DNA of 64,000 nucleotides from Candidatus Hodarchaeota archaeon (GTDB taxonomy: Archaea > Asgardarchaeota > Lokiarchaeia > Sigyniarchaeales > SOKP01): assembly GCA_048886685.1 (NCBI GenBank), contig JBHLKM010000014.1, positions 1-64,000 of the forward strand, given 5' to 3'. A program made the translations under genes and the position numbers. Of this stretch, positions 1-9,506 are shown one piece after another. A model generated the notes under the pieces. That model was not told the origin of the DNA. It searched no databases and was given only the letters and a program-made list of their open reading frames with translations. How positions within the stretch are numbered: position 1 is the first letter of the stretch; each line of letters begins with the position of its first letter.

Positions 1-607
1 TGATTTTAAAAAGACACAAAAAGAGCTTTATCAACCTGATGCCAAAGAACCTGTAGTAATAGAAGTACCAGAAATGCAATTTCTAATGATTGATGGGATG
101 GGTTCTCCAGGGGATTCTCAGGAGTACCAAGATGCTCTAGCGGTTCTTTATCCAGTGGCATTTAGAACAAAATTTCTTAGTAAATCCAAGGGTAAAGACT
201 ATGTAGTCCCTCCCTTAGAAGGACTATGGTGGGCTGATGATATGAATGATTTTATAGAGGGTAATAGGGATAGATGGAAATGGACGATGATGATAAGGCA
301 ACCAGATTGGATTACTCCGGATATGATTAATGAAGCTATAGCTATTGTCAAAGAGAAAAAACCCGAACTTTCAAAGTTACTACCAAAACTCCGATTAGAA
401 AAGTACAAAGAAGGGAAAGCGGCTCAGATTATGCATATAGGTCCATATTCGGAAGAAGGCCCTACAGTCCAAAAGGTACATGACTTAATACAGAAAGAAG
501 GTGGCAAATTTGATGGCCTTAAAACAAAACATCATGAAATCTATCTTAGTGATCCCAGAAAAGCTAATCCTGCAACTATGAAAACTGTTATTAGGCAACC
601 GTTTTAA
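1..607 (+). CDS. GyrI-like small-molecule-binding domain protein, 5'-truncated by the window edge
   Basis: The frame is open from base 2 (DFKKTQKELYQPDAKEPVVIEVPE) into the listed ORF. Family-typical motifs: PPLEGLWW, WTMMIRQPD, HIGPY, HHEIYLSDPR. Confidence 0.85.
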   Translation, partial: DFKKTQKELYQPDAKEPVVIEVPEMQFLMIDGMGSPGDSQEYQDALAVLYPVAFRTKFLSKSKGKDYVVPPLEGLWWADDMNDFIEGNRDRWKWTMMIRQPDWITPDMINEAIAIVKEKKPELSKLLPKLRLEKYKEGKAAQIMHIGPYSEEGPTVQKVHDLIQKEGGKFDGLKTKHHEIYLSDPRKANPATMKTVIRQPF

Positions 608-709
608 TTATTAAATCTAATTTTTTTAATTCTTTTTTATCTAAAGCAATATTAACATTTTTAAATACTGAGGTTTTAGTAAGTTTAATTCAATTATATT
701 TTCATAGTT

Positions 710-1258
710 ATGAAAATGAGTAGTGAAGAAAGTCAGAAAATAAATGTTAAAGACTGGATAACATTAAGCACTGTAATGATTGGTGCGGTATTAACAATTC
801 TTGCTTTAATATGGCAAGAACCTCCCGATAACGGTATTGTTACCTCTACATTCTTACTAATGCTTTCATTTATCTTCTTTGTTAATTCTGTATCTGCCAA
901 TTCAAAAGCACATTTTGAAGCTAATTCAGGAGATGTCAGTAATGAGCGAATAAAGCGTTTTGTTACTTTTGCAGAATATTCATTTGGCCTAGGTTTCACC
1001 CTTGTGATTACTGGATTTTCAATTCTTGGCTATGAGTATTTGCTGAAATATGAGGGCCGCGAAATTATTACATTAATTCTCCCTATTGCGTTTTTAGTAA
1101 CAGCCTGGATAGTCGTCTTCATATATAATCTTATAAATTATTTTGGTAAACCTCTAGGAGCTATTAGAAGTTTAAAGCGAAATCTATGGATTTTATTAGA
1201 ATTAATTTGCTTAGTAATAATTATATTTGACTTCTTTGAAGTTTTTACACTTCCCTAA
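710..1258 (+). CDS. Hypothetical integral membrane protein (about 5 TM helices)
   Basis: 182-aa ORF with several hydrophobic stretches. Confidence 0.75.
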   Translation: MKMSSEESQKINVKDWITLSTVMIGAVLTILALIWQEPPDNGIVTSTFLLMLSFIFFVNSVSANSKAHFEANSGDVSNERIKRFVTFAEYSFGLGFTLVITGFSILGYEYLLKYEGREIITLILPIAFLVTAWIVVFIYNLINYFGKPLGAIRSLKRNLWILLELICLVIIIFDFFEVFTLP

Positions 1259-1339
1259 GTTAACTCTTTTTTTATTTATTTTTTAGATCATTTATCAAGA
1301 TGAAGAATTCTCTCATATATTGAGAAAAATATTAAAAGA

Positions 1340-1635
1340 ATAAAGGGACGAGAAGCTGCTAATGAAAATCCGAGAATTTCCATCAGCGATGTATAGGCGA
1401 TTCATACTTACGTATAAATTTTTCAATGTATTAAATCGTTTTGAATAACAGATCCGAGAACCTATTATTCAAATTCTATATCCGAAGATATAGTTTTTCT
1501 TCCTGTGAGGGAAGCACGATTTTACCAAGTTGCTTTACTCGAAAGTAATTCAATTGGCGCAACACATTGAGTTGCTAATACTACTTCTCGACATTCACAT
1601 AAGATGCGAATTGCTTCACACCATTAGATGTGAAC
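1340..1635 (-). ncRNA. Candidate structured non-coding RNA of unknown class (multi-hairpin, pseudoknot)
   Basis: Nine local hairpins, two long-range stems and a 7-bp loop pseudoknot. G-U wobbles and UUCG/CUCG/GUAA loops favour the minus strand. A TATA box lies about 25 nt upstream and a U-rich tail follows. Confidence 0.7.
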
Positions 1636-1657
1636 AATATATGATTTGAGTGATTCA

Positions 1658-1665
1658 TATTTAAA
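1658..1665 (-). promoter_or_regulatory. Putative TATA box (TTTAAATA) for the structured RNA
   Basis: Archaeal TATA consensus at the expected distance from the first hairpin (G at 1635). The genome is AT-rich, so a chance match is possible. Confidence 0.4.
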
Positions 1666-1744
1666 GGAAACTATTAAGGGGTTATTATACCTTTTTGTCG
1701 TTAGATCTAAAATAGTGAATTTTAAAGTCGGAACACCCAAACTT

Positions 1745-4171
1745 CTATATGAAACATGAAAGATCTTTTTGAATCGATTTTTTGTCATAATCGGACTTTA
1801 ATATTTCATCAAGTTCGGGAAATTCGAAGGGAAAAATGTTTTCAAAAGATCTTTTTAGTAATTCCACATATTTTTTTCTGTCATACTCATGCTTTTTCTC
1901 ATCATATAGATCAGAAAGGATCACTTTTTTCTCAGGAAAATCGGGATCTGCTTCGGCGTTGAGAATAATATAGCGAACATTTTTTCCTGCCGATGCTATT
2001 ACTCCTGAGCGCTCTAACTGCCTTGCGGCAACTGCCTGATAAGAGTTCACCTTGTATTGCGAAGGTCTACGGGAGATCTTTTGTCGAATCGTTAATTCCT
2101 CACGAGTAACAGTACCTGAGTATACTCTTTCTACGTATTCATAGAGCTTTTTCTTTGCTTCTGGAATTCTTTTCACGAACTCATCGACAGTCTTTGCACC
2201 TTGGAAAGTGTCAATAAACGCATATTGAGCATCCTTTACAATTTTAGGTATATCTCTGCGCCTTACCTCAATACCCCTCACCTTAACCTCCCCGTCATTT
2301 TTTATTCCCCAATAATGGCTAAGTGCGGGAACCTCTGGTTCTGCGCGTGAAGGCAGGAAAACAATGACATTAAAAAGCCCATCCCAACTCATAGGAATGC
2401 CAGTGCTTTCGGATATTTCTTTGGCAATTTTTTTTGTGAGCTCTTCGAATTCTTCTGGAGTTCTTCCTTTTGTATCTTGAAGCCACATTGAATCAACAAT
2501 TCCGTGAACAACCCTACACCCGTACTTTTTCGCAACTTCAGCAGATCGCAAGAGGAATTCGCGAGCAAAAGCACATACGGTTTGATGTGCCTCGATTTTT
2601 CCAAAACGGGCATTTTTGAATCCCAAATAACCAAAACTTACTACAAGTACCCATTTTAGAGCAATATCAGTAAATTTGTACCGAAGATCATCATGTTTTT
2701 TGTTATATTCCTTGTAATAAAGTCGTTTGTTTAGAGGTAAGCTAATGGATTTGGAGATGATTCCCTGTCTTTTTGTACATATATGAAAATTAGTGCCCGG
2801 GACTTTAATTCCTGTTCCGTCATCCTTACAGCACTTACAATTAAGCGTCTCAGATGAAATATTAAAGTTAGCCATCAGAGACGGATACATTGAAGAAAAG
2901 TCTAACTCTGCTACTTGATCAAAAACACCAATCAGGGGTTCAAAAATATGACCCCCTCGATCATTAATAATGAGATCCATACCATTTCGAAAGTCTTCTG
3001 GACTCTTTTTGAAAGGTGGGATAAGATGATCTAGTTTATAGGCATTGTAATATTGTATTGATTGAAGAGCGCCTCCAATAGTTATCCTACATAATCTTTG
3101 CAAAGGCACTCGAGAGATTCTCGCGACTTCGATAACTCCAGGTATATTTCCCTCGCTAAAGTGTAAGCTCCCATAAGAAGTAGTGTCTAAATGAAAACGA
3201 CCAGTAAGATATACTTGAGTTTTAGATCGACGCATAATGATTCCGTAGGTCATGTAATGATCAGAGTTTCCTGAAAGGTTAAAAATGCAGTTTTTAAGTG
3301 GAGTTCTGGTACGAGAGAGATATAAATCCTTTGATACATGATTCACTGAAGCTCGTGCAACCAGGTAAGGAAATACAAACTCATCTCCTCCATGTGTGAG
3401 AATGATATCGGGATCCAATTTCTCAATCACCTTACTAATCTTCTTGATGGTTTCCCCTTCATCAGCTTCATCGATCAGGATTTTCCTTTTTCTCTGCCCA
3501 TCTGCCCTTGGGATGTTAGCTTTTTCATCTTTTTCAACAATGCTGACTTCAGCATATGCTAGAGGGTCGTTATGATATGATCTTATTCCGCGTTGCTGTA
3601 TTCTAATATCCAACCAAACAGCTTTTAGAGGAGGTAAATCATAAAACAATTTTTCGTTGTCATCTTTTAATTCAATTGATACCAAACGCATAAAATGCCC
3701 CTCAACGTTTTTCTTCTTTTCAAGTTTCACCTTGAAACCACATAGCGACATTGGAAATAGGTCATTAACATAGAAGTACATCTGAGAGATTGGAAGATCT
3801 GTATTGTATAGTGTAAAAAGACCAATTTCATCGATTTCTTTTATTGTCTTCTTAAATACCGAAGGTTTCGTCACAGAAACCCCAAATATTTTTGTTTTTT
3901 CGTGATCTTCCAGTTTGACATATTTCTCACAGATTCTTGTATCCTTAACATTCTGATGAGATTTGAGGATTTGTTTTAATCTTTTAAAATCTTTGCCAGA
4001 ATGTCGTTTTGGTACGGCAAAAAATTCGGGATAGAAGTCGTGATAGATTTTTACAATCTTTTGCTCTTTGACTGTTTTCACCCAAAGAACAACTCCATTA
4101 CTATAAGTGGAGACATCTAAAAGCCAACCATCAAATTTCCTTTGATAATCCAATTTATTCCTTTCCTTCAA
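1745..4171 (-). CDS. polB2: Archaeal family B DNA polymerase, PolB2 (Dpo2-like) group
   Basis: ELDFSSMYPS motif. PolB2-type variants KWVLVVSFGY and HGIVDS (in place of YGDTDS). Degenerate exonuclease motifs. VRGIEVRRRD. C-terminal PIP-like QKDLSCFI. Confidence 0.88.
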   Translation of the reverse strand: MKERNKLDYQRKFDGWLLDVSTYSNGVVLWVKTVKEQKIVKIYHDFYPEFFAVPKRHSGKDFKRLKQILKSHQNVKDTRICEKYVKLEDHEKTKIFGVSVTKPSVFKKTIKEIDEIGLFTLYNTDLPISQMYFYVNDLFPMSLCGFKVKLEKKKNVEGHFMRLVSIELKDDNEKLFYDLPPLKAVWLDIRIQQRGIRSYHNDPLAYAEVSIVEKDEKANIPRADGQRKRKILIDEADEGETIKKISKVIEKLDPDIILTHGGDEFVFPYLVARASVNHVSKDLYLSRTRTPLKNCIFNLSGNSDHYMTYGIIMRRSKTQVYLTGRFHLDTTSYGSLHFSEGNIPGVIEVARISRVPLQRLCRITIGGALQSIQYYNAYKLDHLIPPFKKSPEDFRNGMDLIINDRGGHIFEPLIGVFDQVAELDFSSMYPSLMANFNISSETLNCKCCKDDGTGIKVPGTNFHICTKRQGIISKSISLPLNKRLYYKEYNKKHDDLRYKFTDIALKWVLVVSFGYLGFKNARFGKIEAHQTVCAFAREFLLRSAEVAKKYGCRVVHGIVDSMWLQDTKGRTPEEFEELTKKIAKEISESTGIPMSWDGLFNVIVFLPSRAEPEVPALSHYWGIKNDGEVKVRGIEVRRRDIPKIVKDAQYAFIDTFQGAKTVDEFVKRIPEAKKKLYEYVERVYSGTVTREELTIRQKISRRPSQYKVNSYQAVAARQLERSGVIASAGKNVRYIILNAEADPDFPEKKVILSDLYDEKKHEYDRKKYVELLKRSFENIFPFEFPELDEILKSDYDKKSIQKDLSCFI

Positions 4172-4427
4172 TAATTCCTTCTAATTCTTCAACCCTTTTT
4201 TCTAATCTTTCAATCTTTTTTTCTTGTTCAACCGCAAATGCGATAAATAGCACTTCTGATAGCATTGGACGTGCACTCAAACTGCCGGCGTCTGCATGTA
4301 TTCGAGCATAATTCATTAACTTATTAAATATCTTCTGTTCTTCGGGTTTTAATCCTCTTTTGAAATCTTTCCAGCTTTCAATTTCATGCTCCAATGCAGG
4401 TCTAAAAGAAGGCACTGTCCTACCCAT
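4155..4427 (-). CDS. Small helical protein conserved upstream of archaeal polB2 (arCOG07300-like)
   Basis: MGRTVPSFR... N-terminus is typical of the PolB2-associated small protein. Overlaps the polB2 start. Likely start is ATG 4427, not 4508. Confidence 0.75.
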   Translation of the reverse strand: MGRTVPSFRPALEHEIESWKDFKRGLKPEEQKIFNKLMNYARIHADAGSLSARPMLSEVLFIAFAVEQEKKIERLEKRVEELEGIIEGKE

Positions 4428-4623
4428 AATTATAACCAAGAGAGGTAATTCGTTACAGAATTTAAAAGAAAATACATTGGCAATTTTTCGATTTTGTTCT
4501 GAAGTCATATTTCTAAATGTAGAATGTTTGACATAATTATGGTTAAATACAATGAAATTGAATTTAGAAAAATAAGACTGAAATTTAGCTAAAATTTTTT
4601 ATTTCCTTTAATTTAGATATCAT

Positions 4624-7212
4624 ATGTTTATTTATCTTGAAAACTTGGTTAAAAGCGAAAGTATTGAAGAGAAATTGTTTTTGATTCCTCAACCTCGTTA
4701 TATTAAAATAGAAAATTTTCAAAGATCGAAAATTGTAGAAGATTCAATAATACTTACAGATTTAAAATCAGAAGATTCCTTCATAATCGAACAATTTCAA
4801 AATAAATTAAAAGAGTTTAGGCTTAAAAGTAAATTAAAAATTCAAGAAGTTATTGATAAAAATGACTTTTCAAATGTAAATTCAATTTCAGAGAAGAAAA
4901 GCACATTTTTTCCAGAAAATCTTTTTAGTAAAATCAAAAGAGAACAAAATTTCATTGATCAAGGATACATTTTAGTCTCTACAGAATCTAAAATCTTAAT
5001 AGAAGCCTCTTCTCCTCAAGGATTATTTTATGGGATTCAAACTTTAATCCAATTATTAAACTCAGGCCAAGATAAATTATCTATAAATGAAGTAAGAATA
5101 TTAGATTTCCCTGCTTTAAGAATTAGAGGTGTATCAGATGATATTTCTAGAGGTCAAGCACCTACCGTTGATAATTTGAAGAAATTCATAAAAGAATTAA
5201 GCCACTTTAAAATTAATCAATATTACTTAGTATATATGCAAGATATGTTCAGATATACCAATCATCCAGAAATTGGAAAAGATAGGGGATCATATTCGAA
5301 GGAGGAAATATTAGAGTTGCATACTTATGCCAAAAGGCATTTTATTGACCTTGTTCCTATTTTTCAAACTGTTGGTCATTGGGAAAATATTTTATCTCAT
5401 CCCGATTATTGGAAATATGGAGAATTTCCTGGATCAAATAGTTTAAATCTCGCTAATGAAGAAATTTATGAACTATTAGATGAGATGATTGGTGAAATAA
5501 GTGAAGGTTTTAGATCAGGTTATTTTCATATTGGAGCAGATGAGAGTTGGGATGTTGGTAGAGTTGCTTCGAGACAATATGTCGATGAGATAGGCAAAGC
5601 AAAAGCTTATCTCACTCACTATAAAAAAGTTTATAATATTGTTAAAAAATATGGCTATAAAAAAGTAATCATTTACCATGATATTCTCTATAAGTATGAA
5701 GAAATTCTTGAGGGTTTGCCTAAGGATATAATAATAATGTACTGGAATTATAAACCTCAAAAAGATCACCCGATTATAAAGAAGATTAAGAAATTTGGTT
5801 TTTCAATTATCGTAAGTCCGTCAATAATCGATTATAATCGAATTTTCCCCTCTATTGGTAAATATGAAACAAATATAACTAATTTAGTTAAAAGAGGTTA
5901 TGAATATGAAGTAATAGGAGAAATCACTTCAAGTTGGGGTGATTTTAGAAACAAAGAAATTAGGGAGAATCGATTTTATGGATTTATATTTTCAGCTATG
6001 GTCGGATGGAATCCTTTAAAAGAAATCAATTTATTCTATTTCTGGAAAGCTTTAATCACTCATTTCTTTGGAGTTGAGAATTCCAAATTATTACACGTTT
6101 TTAGTACTTTTCGTAAAATTCAAGATAATAATTTATTACACGTACGACCCACTTCATATTATAATCACTTTTTTGCGCACCCCTATGCTAAAAATACAAA
6201 TAGATATCGAAAAAATATAAAGGTAAGAGGTTTCGACAAATTAATTTCTGAGTTGGATGAACTGATAAACACTTGTAAAGAATTAGAAAAGATTGTTCTT
6301 AAGAACAATATAAATATCAAAAATCTTGCTTTTATCGCAGATCATATGAAGTTTTATTGTAGAAAAAGGAAGAATTCAAAATTTCTAATTAGATTTTTTC
6401 CTCGAAAAGAAAATTTGAAAATAATAAAAATTAAAGAAATTGAAAGTTTAAAAGACGATTTATATTCTCTTCTCGATGAGTATGAATTCTTGTGGTTAAA
6501 TTGTTCGAAAATTGAAGGATTTAACTCAATTAAAATTCATTATCAATGGCTAAATAAATTCTATAATGATAAAATCGAACAGCTGAGTAATAATATTGGA
6601 TGGGAAAATCCTAATATCAAAAGCGAGTTGATCTATTTAGATGCTAAAGAGTTACACAGAGTTCATACCACATTTTATCGCAAGGTCATAAATATTGAGG
6701 GGAAAATAGAAAAAGCATTTCTACAAGTTATTGGGGGAACCTTTGCTAAGATTTATATAAATGATACCTATATCGGTTATACTATTACACGGAATTCACT
6801 TAATTATGTAATTATTGAAGGAAATATTCAAATCTTTAATATAAAAGAATACCTAAGACAAGGAGCTAACAAAATTATTATTGAGAATACAGATTTCATT
6901 GGTGGTGTTGCTCCTATAAACATATATGGCGAAATTGAATTAACCACTAATGAATCAATTTGCATAACAACGGATAAAACATGGTTAGCAACAAGAGAGT
7001 TTGATAAAAATTGGAGTAGTGTGAAAAGTTTTGGTAGGCCCCCTAAAGCAACAGGAGGTTTAACCTATCCGGATTTCGAAAATTTAATGCATTCAAAGGA
7101 AACTGATTCCGTTACATCATTAAATTCAATTGTAAGTAGAAAATCTAAAAGACAATTTCGACTCTTGAAATTAATTTTTTACTTGTTTTATAGGTTTGAT
7201 ATCTTAGAGTGA
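4624..7212 (+). CDS. Glycoside hydrolase family 20 (beta-N-acetylhexosaminidase) with a C-terminal beta-sandwich
   Basis: [12 protein letters not shown][11 protein letters not shown], catalytic HIGADE. No obvious signal peptide. Confidence 0.85.
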   Translation: MFIYLENLVKSESIEEKLFLIPQPRYIKIENFQRSKIVEDSIILTDLKSEDSFIIEQFQNKLKEFRLKSKLKIQEVIDKNDFSNVNSISEKKSTFFPENLFSKIKREQNFIDQGYILVSTESKILIEASSPQGLFYGIQTLIQLLNSGQDKLSINEVRILDFPALRIRGVSDDISRGQAPTVDNLKKFIKELSHFKINQYYLVYMQDMFRYTNHPEIGKDRGSYSKEEILELHTYAKRHFIDLVPIFQTVGHWENILSHPDYWKYGEFPGSNSLNLANEEIYELLDEMIGEISEGFRSGYFHIGADESWDVGRVASRQYVDEIGKAKAYLTHYKKVYNIVKKYGYKKVIIYHDILYKYEEILEGLPKDIIIMYWNYKPQKDHPIIKKIKKFGFSIIVSPSIIDYNRIFPSIGKYETNITNLVKRGYEYEVIGEITSSWGDFRNKEIRENRFYGFIFSAMVGWNPLKEINLFYFWKALITHFFGVENSKLLHVFSTFRKIQDNNLLHVRPTSYYNHFFAHPYAKNTNRYRKNIKVRGFDKLISELDELINTCKELEKIVLKNNINIKNLAFIADHMKFYCRKRKNSKFLIRFFPRKENLKIIKIKEIESLKDDLYSLLDEYEFLWLNCSKIEGFNSIKIHYQWLNKFYNDKIEQLSNNIGWENPNIKSELIYLDAKELHRVHTTFYRKVINIEGKIEKAFLQVIGGTFAKIYINDTYIGYTITRNSLNYVIIEGNIQIFNIKEYLRQGANKIIIENTDFIGGVAPINIYGEIELTTNESICITTDKTWLATREFDKNWSSVKSFGRPPKATGGLTYPDFENLMHSKETDSVTSLNSIVSRKSKRQFRLLKLIFYLFYRFDILE

Positions 7213-7305
7213 AGAATTTCAAAAAAATACATAGAAAGCAATAAGAGTAAAATTTTATATAAGTTATTATCTAAACTTATTAAAATAAATTAATGGTTTT
7301 GTTAG

Positions 7306-7719
7306 ATGTCAGAAGATTTAAAAACGTGGCATGCTCCTTGTGGAATTTATTGTAAGAGATGCCCAGGAGTTCAATCTTTTGGATGTAAAGGATGTCGGGA
7401 ACAGAAGGGACAAATTCTTAAGTTCCCCGTATGTAAAACTTATGAATGTGTTACAAGTAAAGGGTACGAATTTTGTTATGAATGTAGTGATTTTCCTTGC
7501 GAAATGCTACAACCAATTGTGAACTTTGAGATTTTTACTCCACATAATTCTAAAGTCTACAATTCTATTATGATAAAGAAATTAGGATTAGAGGAATGGA
7601 ATAAAATTTGTGATGAAAAATCTATTTTCTATTATCAGGGAAAGAAAGTACAATATGGAGGAGATCCCCTTACATTAAAGGAAAAGGACCCGAATATGTA
7701 TAAAAAAAAGGAAAATTAA
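7306..7719 (+). CDS. Cys-rich DUF3795-like protein
   Basis: APCGIYCKRC, CKGC, CKTYECV, FCYECSDFPC. Confidence 0.7.
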   Translation: MSEDLKTWHAPCGIYCKRCPGVQSFGCKGCREQKGQILKFPVCKTYECVTSKGYEFCYECSDFPCEMLQPIVNFEIFTPHNSKVYNSIMIKKLGLEEWNKICDEKSIFYYQGKKVQYGGDPLTLKEKDPNMYKKKEN

Positions 7720-7887
7720 AAATAAATCAAGAATATTGACCGAATATATATTTCACATACATTTTATTAAATGTATAAAAGAAAAAAAAGAATATAAGAA
7801 TTCTTTTAGAATAGTTTATCTGCTATAAATCATACTAAAAAACCTCGAATATTAATATCTCAAATTACGATATCAAAAAAGTTAAAT

Positions 7888-8250
7888 TTACTCCGCCTCC
7901 TTTTTAGCTTTTTCTTCAGCTTTTATTTCTGCCTTCTCCACTTCCATCTTAGCTTTTTCTTCAGCTTTCTCAGCTTTTATTTCTGCCTTCTCCACTTCCT
8001 TCTTAGCTTTTTCTTCAGCTTTCTCAGCTTTTATATCTGCCTTCTCCGCCTTTCGGGTTTCTTCCATTACCGCCTTATCTTCTCTAGTCTTTCTCATTTT
8101 TTCCCTTTCATATTTTGCATAATCATCTTTCGTTGCCTTCCTCAAACTCTTTTCCCCGCATGATTCGCAATATTCTGTTTCAGTATGAGCAAATTCTCCG
8201 CATTTATCACAGATAAATTTGAATGTTTTTTTAAAAATTTTCATATTCAC
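7888..8250 (-). CDS. Zinc-ribbon protein with a K/A/E-rich repetitive helical tail
   Basis: CDKC...CESC followed by EVEKAEIKAEKAEEKAK repeats. Confidence 0.7.
   Translation of the reverse strand: MNMKIFKKTFKFICDKCGEFAHTETEYCESCGEKSLRKATKDDYAKYEREKMRKTREDKAVMEETRKAEKADIKAEKAEEKAKKEVEKAEIKAEKAEEKAKMEVEKAEIKAEEKAKKEAE
7903..8050. repeat. 54-bp in-frame tandem repeat (about 2.5 copies)
   Basis: The unit ttttatttctgccttctccacttcc(a/t)tcttagctttttcttcagctttctcagc starts at 7921 and 7975, with partial copies on either side. Confidence 0.8.
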
Positions 8251-8438
8251 AATTATTCACATCTATCAAAAATTCTTTTACTATATAATACTGCCGTATT
8301 TCACATTACATAAAAGCTATTCTCATTTATATTTTAAACTATTTTTAATTTGATAAAGTCAAATTCACCTTTTTACAAGGATTTAAATAAATAATTTTCA
8401 TAAAATTTTACGATCATTATTGAAAAATATCAAGAGAG

Positions 8439-9188
8439 TTAAAACCAGCAATCTATTGTTGCATTTTTTAAGGGAATTTTCTTCTTAGGAGTACGTGGCT
8501 TCCATTTTAGCAATCGGTTTTCTGGCAAGTAAGGATGCTGAACGAGTGTGTATTCTACATACCGTTCGTCATCATTTATCATCACTAGCACACTCCCAAA
8601 ATGCGAAAGAATTTTTCCCCCTTTTGGTCTGAAAAGAGAATTTTCATGTAAAGGTGCCGTTATAATAATGAGGGGTTTTGTTTTCCAGAGCATTTGTTTA
8701 ATTCCATCAATTGTTCTTAGCAGATCTTCAAAAGTCTGTTTTCTGTAGCCCTCAAATAGAGTTGTAATCCCAGAGATTAACACAACTTTCACATCTTCAA
8801 GAATGGAAAGCCTATTCTCCAAAATTTCAACCATTTGATCCCATGTAAACGCTCGTGAAATAAGAATGTTTTTTAATACTTTCTGGGGGGATAAGTTTTG
8901 CGTAACCGCAAACTTGCTCACATTGTAAGGATTAAAGCGATTATTCCCGTCAATGAAGGCTATTCTAATACCCTCGCCAAGCCCTCCATTGTTAAATGCT
9001 TTTTGAACAATAACGGAAGTCGTTAGTAAAATGTTAGTTGTTAGTTTTTTATCTCCATAGAGTAAATACACTAGATCCCTGTGAAATCCTCCGGAAAGCA
9101 ATTCATCAAGAGTTTTATCCCCGCTTGAAATGGGTGGAGAATGGTTGTTCTTTTCATACACTGTAAATCCTGATCTATAAATCATCAA
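8439..9188 (-). CDS. RadA/Rad51-like protein with a degenerate Walker A (ImuA-like, PolB2-associated type)
   Basis: SSGDKTLDELLSGG and AFIDGNNRF...ILISRAFT. The P-loop is replaced by YGDKKLTT. PIP-like C-terminus NATIDCWF. Confidence 0.78.
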   Translation of the reverse strand: MMIYRSGFTVYEKNNHSPPISSGDKTLDELLSGGFHRDLVYLLYGDKKLTTNILLTTSVIVQKAFNNGGLGEGIRIAFIDGNNRFNPYNVSKFAVTQNLSPQKVLKNILISRAFTWDQMVEILENRLSILEDVKVVLISGITTLFEGYRKQTFEDLLRTIDGIKQMLWKTKPLIIITAPLHENSLFRPKGGKILSHFGSVLVMINDDERYVEYTLVQHPYLPENRLLKWKPRTPKKKIPLKNATIDCWF

Positions 9189-9506
9189 ATATTATATTAA
9201 TTCTTCAAAATAAAACAACAATACACCGACAATTTTCTGAAATACACAGAACTGGTATAAGGTTCAGGAATATCGTTCTTTTACTTAGAAATAGTTTTAT
9301 ATTTAAAAATAGGATTGTTACATGGAGGCAGAGAGAGATGAGTAGAAGTAAAAGTAAAATGCGGTTAATATTTAAATGATATAGGATAGCCGACAAAAAA
9401 AAATCAAACTAACCATCTGTATTAATTAAACTTTATAATAGGTCATGTTATAATAATATATTGTTAATCTTGAAAAAATTGAAAAAATATATGATTGTGA
9501 AAAAAC

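Noticed and set aside
1340-1635. SRP RNA, RNase P RNA, SECIS or riboswitch identity for the structured region
   Set aside because: The size fits SRP or RNase P, but I did not find their conserved motifs. polB2 has no in-frame UGA, and no same-strand gene follows.
9205-9396. 63-aa minus-strand ORF upstream of the RadA-like gene
   Set aside because: Low-complexity Leu/Ile-rich translation of AT-rich promoter DNA; it overlaps the candidate regulatory motif
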